DNA of 64,000 nt from Octopus sinensis (taxonomy: Eukaryota). Numbering within the stretch: position 1 is the stretch's first letter; every line of letters begins with the position of its first letter. Below are positions 49,390-59,930 of the stretch, piece after piece. Below the pieces are notes generated by a model. It was given only the letters and a program-made list of their open reading frames with translations. It was not told the origin of the DNA and did no database searches. A program made the position numbers and the translations under genes. The DNA lies in NCBI RefSeq assembly GCF_006345805.1, contig NC_042998.1:94860001-94924000 (forward strand). The letters are read 5' to 3'.

Positions 49390-49790
49390 AAGACAGCTCT
49401 CAGAGTGAAAGATTATATGATACAGGTGTATAAACAGCAATGCTGCATGGTAGTGAAATGTGGACTGTGAGTGTAGAAGACACGGGAAGACGAGAAAGAA
49501 ATGAAGTTAGCCAGCTCTGTTGGATTTACAATGGCAGTGTGCATTTCTGACAAAGTGCAAATGTGTTGAGAAAAACTGAGTAAAAGGGTTACTTGGTAAA
49601 AATTGAGTACTTGGAAAAGTACTGGTATTTATACAGAACTCAGCAAACTCTGTAAAATGGTTGGACGGGCACTGAGCCAAAGTAGACATTGGAACTTGAT
49701 GTAGTAATCTGACCCATTAGATCCTGTCAAACTGTCCAACTCATTCCAGCATAGAAGATAGGCATTAAACAATAATGATACATACATACA
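49390..49790 (+). mobile_element. RTE fragment joined to a partial 3' core
   Basis: RLYDTGV*TAMLHGSEMWTVSVEDTGRRERNE...; core remnant at ~49640-49780. Confidence 0.75.
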
Positions 49791-49879
49791 TACATACACA
49801 CACACACACTCACATACATATATATGCATACATCCAAACATATGTACACACATAAACTTAGAGCTAGAAAGCAAAGAAA

Positions 49880-50920
49880 ACAACATCATATGTGTTGTAG
49901 TGAGGTCCTCAGGAAGCACACTCTTCCTGACAACTTCCCATACAATTCCAAAACTGTCGGACTAACATATCTCAAAGAAAGCCTAGTTGTGAAACGCTCA
50001 CCATACCATAATAAAGGTATGTTTCCCAAAGACCTGAAGGGGACAGTAACATTCATATGTAGTTCAGCATCTCTTGGATTTGTGACCACTACAACATATC
50101 ACACTTTGAACACTACATTTGCAATCCAAAAACAGGAGACTTCTGTGAAGCACCCAGTAAAAGAAACAGTGAAACCATTGGAGCCCCAACATGCAGCCAA
50201 AAGTAGATAATATCACATTTCTGTAGAAGACATCACACATGATTAGTAGCTGCCCAAAAATGTCAAGGTACACAAAGCATACCCATGCAACACAATGTTT
50301 CAGTAAAAAGGATGCCCTAGAAAAAATATAGAGAATCATCCTATTACTAAATACATGCACAAACATTCAACACAACAAATACTAAAAGAACATTCCCATC
50401 AAAACTTCTGTCAAGTATAATAAACATTACAGGTCAGATACTGTTTTGGGGGACAGACAAGTATGTATTCTTTTCTACTCTAGGCACAAGGCCTGAAATT
50501 TGGGGGGAGGAGGGCCAGTTGATTAGATCAACCCCAGTACACAAATGGTACTTAATTTATTGACCCCGAAAGGGTGAAAGGCAAACTCAACTTCGGTGGG
50601 ATTTGAACTCAGAATGTAACAGACAAGTATGTATTGTCACAAAAGTCAGCTACTCTGTTGATGTGGGTATCTCTTTAAAAAGCAAAAAGAAAGAGGATAA
50701 ATATGGACAAGAGCTTCAAAATCTCCAGCTTATGAATTCACATTGATGCCAATAATTATTGGTGCACTTGGCTTTGTGAGTAAATGCCCAAGTGACAATC
50801 TGGATTAGCCACGGTTTTCAGAAAAGGAAATCAACCAACTAACTCACACATTAAGAATACAATCAGTAAGTGGAACAGTAAAGATATGCAAAACTTTTTG
50901 CGAGTTCAAAATGTGAATTT
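49880..50920 (+). mobile_element. Degenerate RLE-type non-LTR retrotransposon (R4/Dong-like) C-terminus, interrupted by a SINE
   Basis: ISHFEHYI-AIQKQE, VEDITH..LPK (zinc-knuckle region), HYRSDTVL.DRQVCIV.KVS..VDV (decayed RPD...E nuclease site), MPIIIGALGFV, SVSGTVKICKTFCEFKM*. Confidence 0.8.
50470..50618 (-). mobile_element. 5'-truncated SINE with 17-bp TSD
   Basis: TSD ACAGACAAGTATGTATT at 50453-50469 and 50619-50635. Confidence 0.88.
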
Positions 50921-51984
50921 GTTTTTGTTATGAACATTTCAACATTGGAGTTTTATATGTTTGCCAGAAACCAGTTCCTTCCACAGAGAAAGATTTAAAA
51001 TAATTAAAAAAGAGCATACATATATACATATATACACACACGTATATACATATACACACACACATATATACACACACACATATATATGTGTGGTGTGTGT
51101 ATGTATAAACATGTGCACACAAGAGTGAATACATAAATTTGTGTATGCATACAGAAATTTTACACACACACACATACAGATATATTCATATACATACACA
51201 GACATATACACTGGTATGTATATGTGCAGTTCTGTATACAGTTTGTTTTAGACATAAATGAGTATTTTATCACGTGTAAGCACACGCACATGTGTAGGTG
51301 TAAATGTGTGTGCTTGTATATATATCCACCCATGTGCATAAAAATTATAAAATAGACCAGTAGCTGCTTGTTTCTGTGTATAAACACACACACACACACA
51401 CACAAACAGCTTCACTGCATGCTCACTCTGGTGTTATCTGAACAGGGGCATGATGGGAAAATCGGTGGACTTTGAGAACAATAGACAGGAAATAAAAGGT
51501 GAAAGGAGAAAAGCTAGGAGCCTGGAGATAAAAAGAATGATAGCAGGGTGAACAGGGAGGTGAATCTAGAGAAAGATAGAGTGTGATATAAAAGAAATTA
51601 GATATGGTGGTAACGGTGGTGTTATAAAGTGGTAGAAAATAATAAGTAAAAAACAAAAGTGGAGGTAACCACACCAGAAGGGTGTGATAGTAGGAGGTGA
51701 ATTGCTGATGGTGGCAGAGATATGGTGATGTAATATGGAAAATGTGAAAATTTGTCATGCATGGCTTTATGGTTTGGCTCAGGCATGGCTGAGTGGTTAA
51801 GAAGCTTGCTTAACAACCATGTGGTTTCAGGTTCAGTCTCACTGTATAGTACTTTGGCTAAATGTTTCTGCAATAGCCTCAGACTGGCCAATGTCCTGTG
51901 AGTGAATTTGGTAGAAATTTAGTAAACTGTGGAAAAGCCAATAATATATGTATGTATATAGATATATATATATATATATATATA

Positions 51985-52345
51985 TATCATCATCATCATT
52001 GCTTAACATCCGCTTTCCATGCTAGCATGGATTGGATGGGTCGACCGGGGTCTGGGAAGCTAAGAGGCTGCACCTGGCTCCAGTCTGATCTGGCAGTGTT
52101 TCTACAGCTGGATGCCCTTCCTAACGCCAATCACTCCATGAGTGTTGTGGGTGCTTTTTACATGCCACTGGCACAGGGGCCAGAAGAGGCTGGTAACAGC
52201 CACAAATGGTTGGTGCTTTTTACGTGCCACCGGCACGAGTATTACACCCACAATTTCCATTTGATTTTTATTTTGATGTTAATGTGTGAGTTAGTTGGTT
52301 GACTTCATAGGTCTCCTCAAGCATAGCAAGTCACCCAACGATCCA
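51985..52345 (-). mobile_element. RTE 3' end (hairpin, units and core) abutting (AT)n
   Basis: Same organisation as 30860-31345. Confidence 0.85.
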
Positions 52346-52790
52346 AGGTAATCACAGCTGGCCATCCTGTGAGCATCCACGCCCACTACTAACTTGGTCA
52401 CCTAGGTAGTGGAAGCTATCAACTACTTCTAATTTCTTCCCCTGGAGTGTGATGGAATCTATTTTCTGAGTGTCTGTGGTGTCTATTGCCCCTGTGCATC
52501 TGCCGCACACGAAAGCTTTAATTTTCCTTTGATGTTGCTGCACCTCTTATGTGTCCATAGCTTACACTGGATACATTGTCTAGAGTTTCTACCGACACCT
52601 TTTCTACAGATTGAGCAAGGCCACCTACCTGAGGGAGTGTGTGATGAGTTTGCCTTCCTACTTACTAGAACTTTAGTCTTCGCTACATTGACTCTAAGGC
52701 CTTTTGATTCTAAACCTAGCTTCCACATCCTAAATTTCTTTTCTAGTTCCAGTAATGATTCTGCTATGAGGGCCAGGTCATCAGCACATA
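52346..52790 (-). mobile_element. RTE RT fragment with PHD-like C4HC3 insertion
   Basis: YADDLALIAESLLELEKKFRMWKLGLESKGLRVNVAKTKV...WPCSICRKGVGRNSRQCIQCKLWTHKRCSNIK...FVCGRC...LEVVDSFHYLGDQ. Confidence 0.9.
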
Positions 52791-52799
52791 CATATACAT

Positions 52800-53060
52800 A
52801 CGTGTGTGTCTATAGCAAGACACCTGTTTCTACCTCTCTTTCTCTCTCTATCACACTCTAACAAGATCTTCTCCTCCAATGCCCCCTCCCATCTCAAAAA
52901 TTCCTTGTCTTGCAAGTTACTTGGTGACGCTGCCAGGGCTGGTGTCATATAAAAAGTATCCAGTCCACACTGTGAAGTGGTTGGCATTTGGAAGGGCACC
53001 CAGCTGTAAAAACCACACCAAAATTGACCTCGCCTGTGCTGGTGCCATGTAAAAAGTACT
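52800..53060 (+). mobile_element. RTE 3'UTR fragment (type seen at 8070-8310)
   Basis: AGCAAGACACCTGT...CTCCTCCAATG.CCCCTCCCATCTCAAAA...AGTGGTTGGCATTTGGAAGGGCACCCAGCTG. Confidence 0.75.
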
Positions 53061-53478
53061 CAGTCGACTCTGCTTCCCAACCACATGGTTCCAGGTTCAG
53101 TCCCCCTGCATGGCACTTTGGGCAAATGTCTTCTAGTACAGCCCTGAGCTAACTAAAGCCTTGTAAGTGGATTTGGTAGATGGAAAATGAAAGAAGCCCA
53201 TTGTCATCATTATCATCATCATCATTTAATGTCTGTTTTCCATGCTGGTATGGGTTGGGCGGTTTGAAAGGAGCTGCAATGGTTTTGGCATGGTTTCTAC
53301 TGCAGGATGCCCTTCTTAACGTCGTGTGTGTGTGTGTGTGTATTTGTCCCCATCACTGCTTGACAACTGGCATTGGTATGTTTATATCTCTGTAACATAG
53401 CAGTTCAGCAAAAGAGACAACAGAACAAGTACATTATTTACATTTGATGGATATTTGTCCTCAACTTGTTCGTTGTTA

Positions 53479-53520
53479 ACACAACGTTTCCGCTGATAAA
53501 CCCTCCAGCCTTCATCAGGT
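53479..53520 (-). ncRNA. Minimal type I hammerhead-like motif (core intact)
   Basis: Minus strand: AC-CTGATGA-A-GGCTG-GAGGGTTTAT-CAGCG-GAAAC-GTT-GTGT. Confidence 0.7.
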
Positions 53521-53693
53521 TCAGTCCCAGCATGGCACTATGTCGTATGCCCACAGGCATACGGCATAGTGGTTAAGAGTGCAGGCTACTAACCCCAAGA
53601 TTCCAAGTTTGATTCCAAGCAGTGACCTGAATGATAATAATAACATCGAAAAATAGCTTAGGAATGAGAACCTAGGTTTGAAATTTCCCCAAG

Positions 53694-53737
53694 ACACCCA
53701 ATGAAGGCTGGAGGGTATATCAGCTGAAACGTTGTGT
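53694..53737 (+). ncRNA. Minimal type I hammerhead-like motif (core mutated)
   Basis: ACAC-CCAATGA-A-GGCTG-GAGGGTATAT-CAGCT-GAAAC-GTT-GTGT. Stem I ACAC/GTGT is intact; CTGA is changed to CCAA. Confidence 0.6.
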
Positions 53738-54076
53738 TAATAACAAAAAAGATGAGGACAAGTATCCATCAAATGTAAATAATGTAAATAACTCATCTCT
53801 TAAATATAGAACTGTATCACAGAATAAGTACCAGGCTTTAAAAAAAAAGTTTTGGGGTCGATTCATTCGAGTAACAATTCTTCAAGGCAGTGACCTGGCA
53901 TGGCCACAGTCAAATGACTGAAACAAGTTAAAGATAAAAGATAAATAGCAAGGCGGTAAACATAGTAACGGTACATGAAATAGGAAGGAATTAAAACGAG
54001 TGGTAGGTTTTGGTTGCTGTAGTAGTTTGTATTTGGAGACGGACATGGAGAGAGGAGAAAATGTGATTGTAATATT

Positions 54077-54401
54077 TATTTCTTTATTGCCCACAGGGGG
54101 CTAAATACAGAGGGGACAAACAGGGACAGACAAAGGGATTATGTTGATTACATCGACCCCAGTGCATAACTGGTACTTATTTAATCGACCCCGAAAGGAT
54201 GAAAGGCAAAGTCGACCTCAGCGGAATTTGAACTCAGAACATAAAGACAGACAAAATACCACTAAGCATTTCGGCTGGTGTGCTAATGTTTCTGCCAGCT
54301 CGCCACCTTGATGTGATTGTAATATTCATTTCTTTATTGCTCACAGGGGGCTAAACACAGAGGGGATAAACAAGGACAGACAAAAGAATTAAGCCTTAAT
54401 T
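54077..54401 (-). mobile_element. Two head-to-tail SINE copies at one target site
   Basis: Full-length copy 54077-54310 and internally deleted copy 54327-54401. Target (ATG)TGATTGTAATATT appears at 54061, 54311 and 54402. Confidence 0.85.
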
Positions 54402-55744
54402 TGATTGTAATATTGGCTACAAGAATGGCTGGAATGGTTCAATGTAGCATTACAGGCGGTTTTGTGTAGCATCACCCACTTGCAGTAAGGTAGGGTGCTG
54501 AGAAGAGGTACTTGTTTAGTTTGGGTTAGGGTTAGGGGTCATCCACAACAATCATTATCATCATTACATTTAAAACTATAACCACCACCACCGCCACCTT
54601 CACCACCATCACTCCTACCACCACTGCTGTTTTCCCATACTAGCATGGCATTTTTTTTACAAGCACATATATATTTTCATCTTATTTGTGAAATCCAACA
54701 TACTGAATCTGATTTCCTTATTTCTTCCATTAAACATACAGTAATTTATGTATATATTTTTTAACTACAGCCAAGTAAATGACTAGATTTAAAATGGCCA
54801 AATTCATCACAAAACTTCAGTTAAATTATCCATGTCATTGTAAAAGGCAATATTTCTCAATCCCCTGCTTCTATAAAACTGAGGTGTCTTCATACTTAAT
54901 TAAAGAAGATAGTGAAGTGCTCTACCTAAATTATGCGAGTAAAAGAATGAAGGTGAAGTGTTTTGGAGATGTGTACTTGCTTTTGGAGTGATAGTAGTAG
55001 TTGCTGTCATGTAGGGTAGTGGTAAAAATTATATTGTTGGCCATGTTATAGTAAAGCTAACATGGAAGGCAAAAAGAAATAATAGAGATTTAGCTGAAAC
55101 TGTGAGTTAAGGCATCAAGAAAAAACTAAGCTGAGTATACGAGGCTGGTTTGAATAGCTTTATCATCATCATTTAAGATCCACTTTTCTATGCTTGCAAT
55201 AGACCAGATGAAATTTATTGAAGCAAATTTTCCATCTAAGGTAATGTTTTCTCATAGCCAGATGTGCTTTCCATGACAGTCTGGAAATGAACAACCTCAC
55301 TTGTATGACGGTGATTCATATTTACAACCATGCCAGGACAACGGTATACACAAACACACACACTCACGTGTGTGAATGTGTGTGTATAATAGGCTTCTTT
55401 CAATTTCCATCCACCCAATCCTTTTATAAGGCTTTGGTTGGTTTGGGGATATAGTCAAAGACACTTGCTCTGATGCTTTCCTTCAAAACCTTGCTACAAA
55501 GTGGGTGGCTAACCAAAATTTATTCTGAATTAAATATACAGGTACATACATATACATATATATGAATTTCCATCCAATTACTGTTTACCAAATCACTGGG
55601 CGACTAGAGGCTACAGCAGAAGACACTTGCCGAGGGTGCCATGTAGTGAGAATGAACCTCAAACTACATGATTATTTACCTAACTTCTTAACCATACAGT
55701 CATATTATACCTATAAATGCATGATATTATGCTTAATGAAAAAA

Positions 55745-56940
55745 TGTTATGAAATATGACTAACCACATTTTTGTTCTACTGGATGAGGTAAAAACGTCA
55801 CCTTACAGTTAAGGTAGGTACATACATGGAGAGAGTCCTTTGATATCATTCTTTTCTCAGCCTGACAGAGCATGCACCTCCTTTTACTATTAAAATAAGG
55901 TTTACACTCTTTTAGCATCCTCTCTTTAATGTCATAATATATAGAATTTTCTCTCAATATCCTCTATGTCTCGCTAGAGATGTATCAATTCACCTCTCTT
56001 GAATGTTAAACAAGAACTTGTGCTTGTGATACTGAAGAGAAATTCTGATATGCCCACATACTCTACCTCATACTGCAATGGCAGTCAAATGGGTGTGCAG
56101 TGTTATCTCCATATGAGCAGTCTGCCTCTGTTTTAGGCTTGGGCCTACTTAGTGATGTTTTCTTAATGTTAGAAGCACAGCTAAAAGAGATCCTCAAGAT
56201 ATGTCTATTAAATATTTTTCTGTATCTATGTGTTTGGGGGAAATGCTTATTGACTGAACTAAAGAAAATTCTGCCTGGACAAGGTTTAATGTTCAGGGAA
56301 AATGGAGGAGGGTGAACTATATGACTTTATAGTGGCATTTTCACATGGTGGAGTTAGAATCACACATATACCAAACCTTATTAAAACCACTTGCAGTTAG
56401 GACCTTGTTGTAATATAGGGCTGTGACATTGAAACTCCCCTTATTTGAAGATTGGTTGGAGATTCGTTTGCTAAACTCTTTGACCAGGTTCCTGAACACT
56501 AAGGCTGGATGGCAGGAACCTGTATTAATAATTGCCAGTTTCTCATTCAGTTTATGAAAGTGTTCATAGGCACCAGTGTCTAAGTTTAACATTACATTTG
56601 GAAAATCAACCACCTACAGACTGGTTTCGTTGATGACTTTGAGCCCCATCCCTTTTGACAGTGCCAAAGCATTGTCCATGTAGAGGCAAAAACTAGTTGT
56701 GGGGGAATGTCATAATTAAACATATCTCAAATAAAAATGCCTATGAGATTATATATATCAGTAAAGTTGAATGCCTCAAGTGCAACACTGAGGGAGCTTT
56801 CAGGGTCAGTCCAGCCTCTTATCAAAACATACGGTTTCTTTGGTGTTCAAAATGATGTCTACATCCTCATCACTAATTTTGATGTAGACCCAAGTGGAAT
56901 TCAACCCTCTATATAACTAAGATGCAGATAGGTAAGAGTC
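55745..56940 (-). mobile_element. Degenerate Penelope-like element of a second clade (RT and GIY-YIG)
   Basis: KISDEDVDIILNTK...LYMDNALA...VVDFPNVMLNLDTGAY...INTGSCHPALVFRNL...ISNQSSNK...YVGISE...KECKPY..SKRRCMLCQAEK; many frameshifts. Confidence 0.8.
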
Positions 56941-57318
56941 CTTTATACTGAATTAGGTAAACCTTGATCTACCTCTGTTAGCGATGGTTTTAAACCATGT
57001 GGTGACTTCATTGGTGTTGTGTCATACAGAGAGACCAGAGGCTCTTTTTTTATGTTGGTGTTGGCCCTCAAAGCAGGTGAGGGCCAAGCAGCTGATATTT
57101 GGCATTGCAGGTAAAGTTAGATTTGTTATCTTTCATTTTCATAAAGTGTGTGTGTGTATGTGTTTGTGTGACTGTCTGTCTGTATGCATGGCTGAGTAAA
57201 TACAAAGTTTGCTTTGTTACTAAATGGTCTTAAGTTCTTTCTCATGATACAGCACTTTGGGCAAAGTCTCTTCTACTGTAGTCTTGGTTTTGTGAGTGAA
57301 ATTGCAAGACAAAAACTG

Positions 57319-57500
<182 letters not shown>

Positions 57501-58167
57501 ATGAAGTAATTGGTGAAATATATATTCATCAAACTTGTGCTACCATAGAAAAACAGATGTAGAACAAATGATATAGAGGAATTAGTTCATTTTTAATAAG
57601 TTTCAACACCCATTTTGCATGCTTGCATGGGTTAGATAGGGAGTTAGCTGAAGTAAGATTTTACAGCCAGATGCTCTTCCTTTTCCTTATTGCTTAATTT
57701 CAAGTAAAAACATTTTAAATTCCACAAGTCTTTGAAAGTGTAGAACAATTGGTCATAATGTCCACATCAACACTGCTCACATGATGATAAGCAAAATTTC
57801 AACATACAAACACCTACTTTCAAACACAGGTATCATCATAATCATGATCGTGATCATAATCATTGTTATCATCTATTTTTCCATGCTGGCAGCTCTTCAG
57901 CTGGCTAGCTCCTGTCAAACCATCCAACCCATGCCAAGATGGAAAACGGAAGTTAAATAATGATGATGATGATATATATAACAGAAATTCTTCGATAAGA
58001 TAAGTTATGATTTTATTTTAAGTAATATTGTTAAATTTTAGTTGATTATTTATTGTTAAAACACATTTTTCTATATTTATTTGTTAATTATTATAAGTTA
58101 AGATACGTACATTTATTTTCTTATTTTTCTTCATCTTTTTCTTCTTATTATTATTACTATTTTATTT

Positions 58168-58260
58168 TAGACCTGATGAGTGACTATATTTTAATTTTAA
58201 ATCGAATTGATTTTATTATTATTATCTAGTTAAAGATATAGTCACAAAACATGCATAGTC
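58168..58260 (+). ncRNA. Decayed type I hammerhead-like motif with long stem II
   Basis: GAC-CTGATGA-GTGACTATAT-(46 nt)-ATATAGTCAC-AAAAC-ATGC-ATA-GTC. 10-bp perfect stem II. Two CpG-to-CpA changes would restore GAAAC-ATGC-GTA. Confidence 0.6.
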
Positions 58261-58289
58261 AATTTATGAGTTATTGTTTATGTACTTTA

Positions 58290-58670
58290 CTCTTTACTCT
58301 TTTTACTCTTTTACTTGTTTCAGTCATTTGACTGCGGCCATGCTGGAGCACCGCCTTTAGTCGAGCAAATCGACCCCGGGACTTATTCTTTGTAATTTTT
58401 AGAATAATGTTTTTTATAGTATATTCTATTTTTTCTATATGGTGTGAATAATGTCTTTCCACAAACACACACATGTACACATATGTATATGACAGGATTA
58501 CATATACATACCCAATAGGATTATCACAGTTTCTGTCTACCAGATTCACTCACAAGACATTGGTCAGCCACAGGCAATACTTGAAGACTCTTAACTGAGG
58601 CATCGTGTAGTGGAATTGAACCCAAGACCATGTGGTTGTGAAATGAACTTAACTACACATCCATATCTGC
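58290..58670 (-). mobile_element. SINE of the 19152 family (tail and head parts)
   Basis: Reverse complement of GACTAAAGGCGGTGCTCCAGCATGGCCGCAGTCAAATGACTGAAACAAGTAAAAGAG. Confidence 0.8.
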
Positions 58671-58719
58671 ACTTCTTGACTAACAAGTTACTTAGTAACC
58701 CCACCAGTGCAGGTGTCAT

Positions 58720-58890
58720 GAAAGAGAGCACCCAGAGCATTCTGTCAAGTGGTTGGTTTTAGGAAGGGCATCCAGCTGTAGAAAGTATGCTAAAACAGAC
58801 AACAGAGTTTGTCACAGCTCCCTAGCTTGCCAGCTCTAGTCAAACTGTCCAACCCATTCCAGCATGGGGGACAGATATTAAACGATGATC
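58720..58890 (+). mobile_element. RTE 3' core
   Basis: AAGTGGTTGGTTTTAGGAAGGGCATCCAGCTGTAG...ACGATGATC. Confidence 0.8.
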
Positions 58891-58971
58891 ATGCATGTGT
58901 GTGTGTGTGTGTGTGACAGAGAGAGAGACAGACAGATAAAGTGTGTGTGTCTGTAATATCTGATATTAATA

Positions 58972-59173
58972 ATTCTTTCTACTGGAAGCACAAGACCTCA
59001 AATTTGGAGGAAGGGATTATGTCGATTACATTGAACCCAGTGTGTAACTGGTACTTATTTAATCAACCCTGAAAAGATGAAAGATGGAATATGAACTCAG
59101 AACATAGTGACAGGCAAAATACCGCTAAGCATTTCGCCCGGCATACTAACAATTCTGCCAGCTTGCCACATTT
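58972..59173 (-). mobile_element. SINE with 16-bp TSD
   Basis: TSD ATATCTGATATTAATA at 58956-58971 and 59174-59189. Confidence 0.88.
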
Positions 59174-59178
59174 ATATC

Positions 59179-59281
59179 TGATATTAATATTAATACCTGT
59201 TTACTCTAAAGTTCCATCATTAAAAGAGAGAAGTCACTTTTAATGGTGAAACTTTGAAATAAACATCCAGTATTAATATCA
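59179..59281. repeat. Imperfect ~100-bp foldback
   Basis: AAAGTTCCATCATTAAAAG / CTTTTAATGGTGAAACTTT inner arms, with outer TGTTTA/TAAACA and GATATTAATA/TATTAATATC pairing. Confidence 0.65.
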
Positions 59282-59384
59282 AATATTATATCAACTCAAC
59301 AAAAAGAAACTGAGTCCTTCATCCTGTGCATGTTTAGTGTATGAATTACACAAACCAATTAAACAAGTCTCTATATTTATATCA

Positions 59385-59755
59385 TCATCACCATCGTTTA
59401 ATGTCTGCTTTCCATGCTGGCATGGGTTGGACGGTTTGACTGAGGACTGGTGAGCCAGATGGCTGCACCAGGCTCCAATCTGATCTGACAGAGTATCTAC
59501 AATTGGAGGCCCTTCCTAATGCCAACCACTCCGAGAGTGTAACGGGTGCTTTTACATGCCACAGGTATGAGGGCCAGTCAGGCGATACTGGCAATGGCCA
59601 CGCTCAAATGGTGTTTTTTATGTGCCACCTGCACAAGAGCCAGTCCAGCAGAACTGGCAAATGACCTAGCTCGAATGTTGTTTTTCCCATACCACTGGCA
59701 CAAGTACCAGTGAAGTGACGCTGGTAAAGATCATGTTTGAATGGTGCTTTTGAAT
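59385..59755 (-). mobile_element. RTE 3' end (units and core)
   Basis: Reverse-complement core plus four units. Confidence 0.85.
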
Positions 59756-59930
59756 GGAGTGGGTACCTCTACTCAACTACTGAACTCTCACTTCCGACGA
59801 CTCGACTCAACAGAACTCGACATCTAGTCTACCAACTCGCTCTACGCAACGCTTCTACAACTAGCTATCACAGCCACTATTTATACATAATGGACTAGCC
59901 TACTTATCGTCTGGGGGTGTTCACACAACA
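59756..59930 (-). mobile_element. Probable LTR 5' fragment
   Basis: Minus strand starts TGTTGTGTGAAC, has TATAAATA about 50 nt in, then a CpG-rich purine tract. No CA end or polyA signal is seen. Confidence 0.5.

Larger units (their letters stand above)
53433..53818 (+). mobile_element. Composite retroposon: inverted hammerhead tail, tRNA-like head and hammerhead tail, with 13-bp TSD, inserted in a SINE
   Basis: TSD ACAGAA(C/T)AAGTAC at 53420-53432 and 53819-53831. Head 53556-53625 has A box GGCATAGTGG and B box GTTTGATTCC. Tail 53694-53790 is also present inverted at 53431-53520. Confidence 0.8.

Noticed and set aside
53556-53625. tRNA gene with apparent ACT anticodon
   Set aside because: Acceptor stem and T-arm do not pair properly; it is a retroposon head. 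The same applies to the other SINE heads.
54523-54537. GGGTTAGGGTTAGGG telomere-like repeat
   Set aside because: Only 2.5 units; too short to indicate an interstitial telomere.
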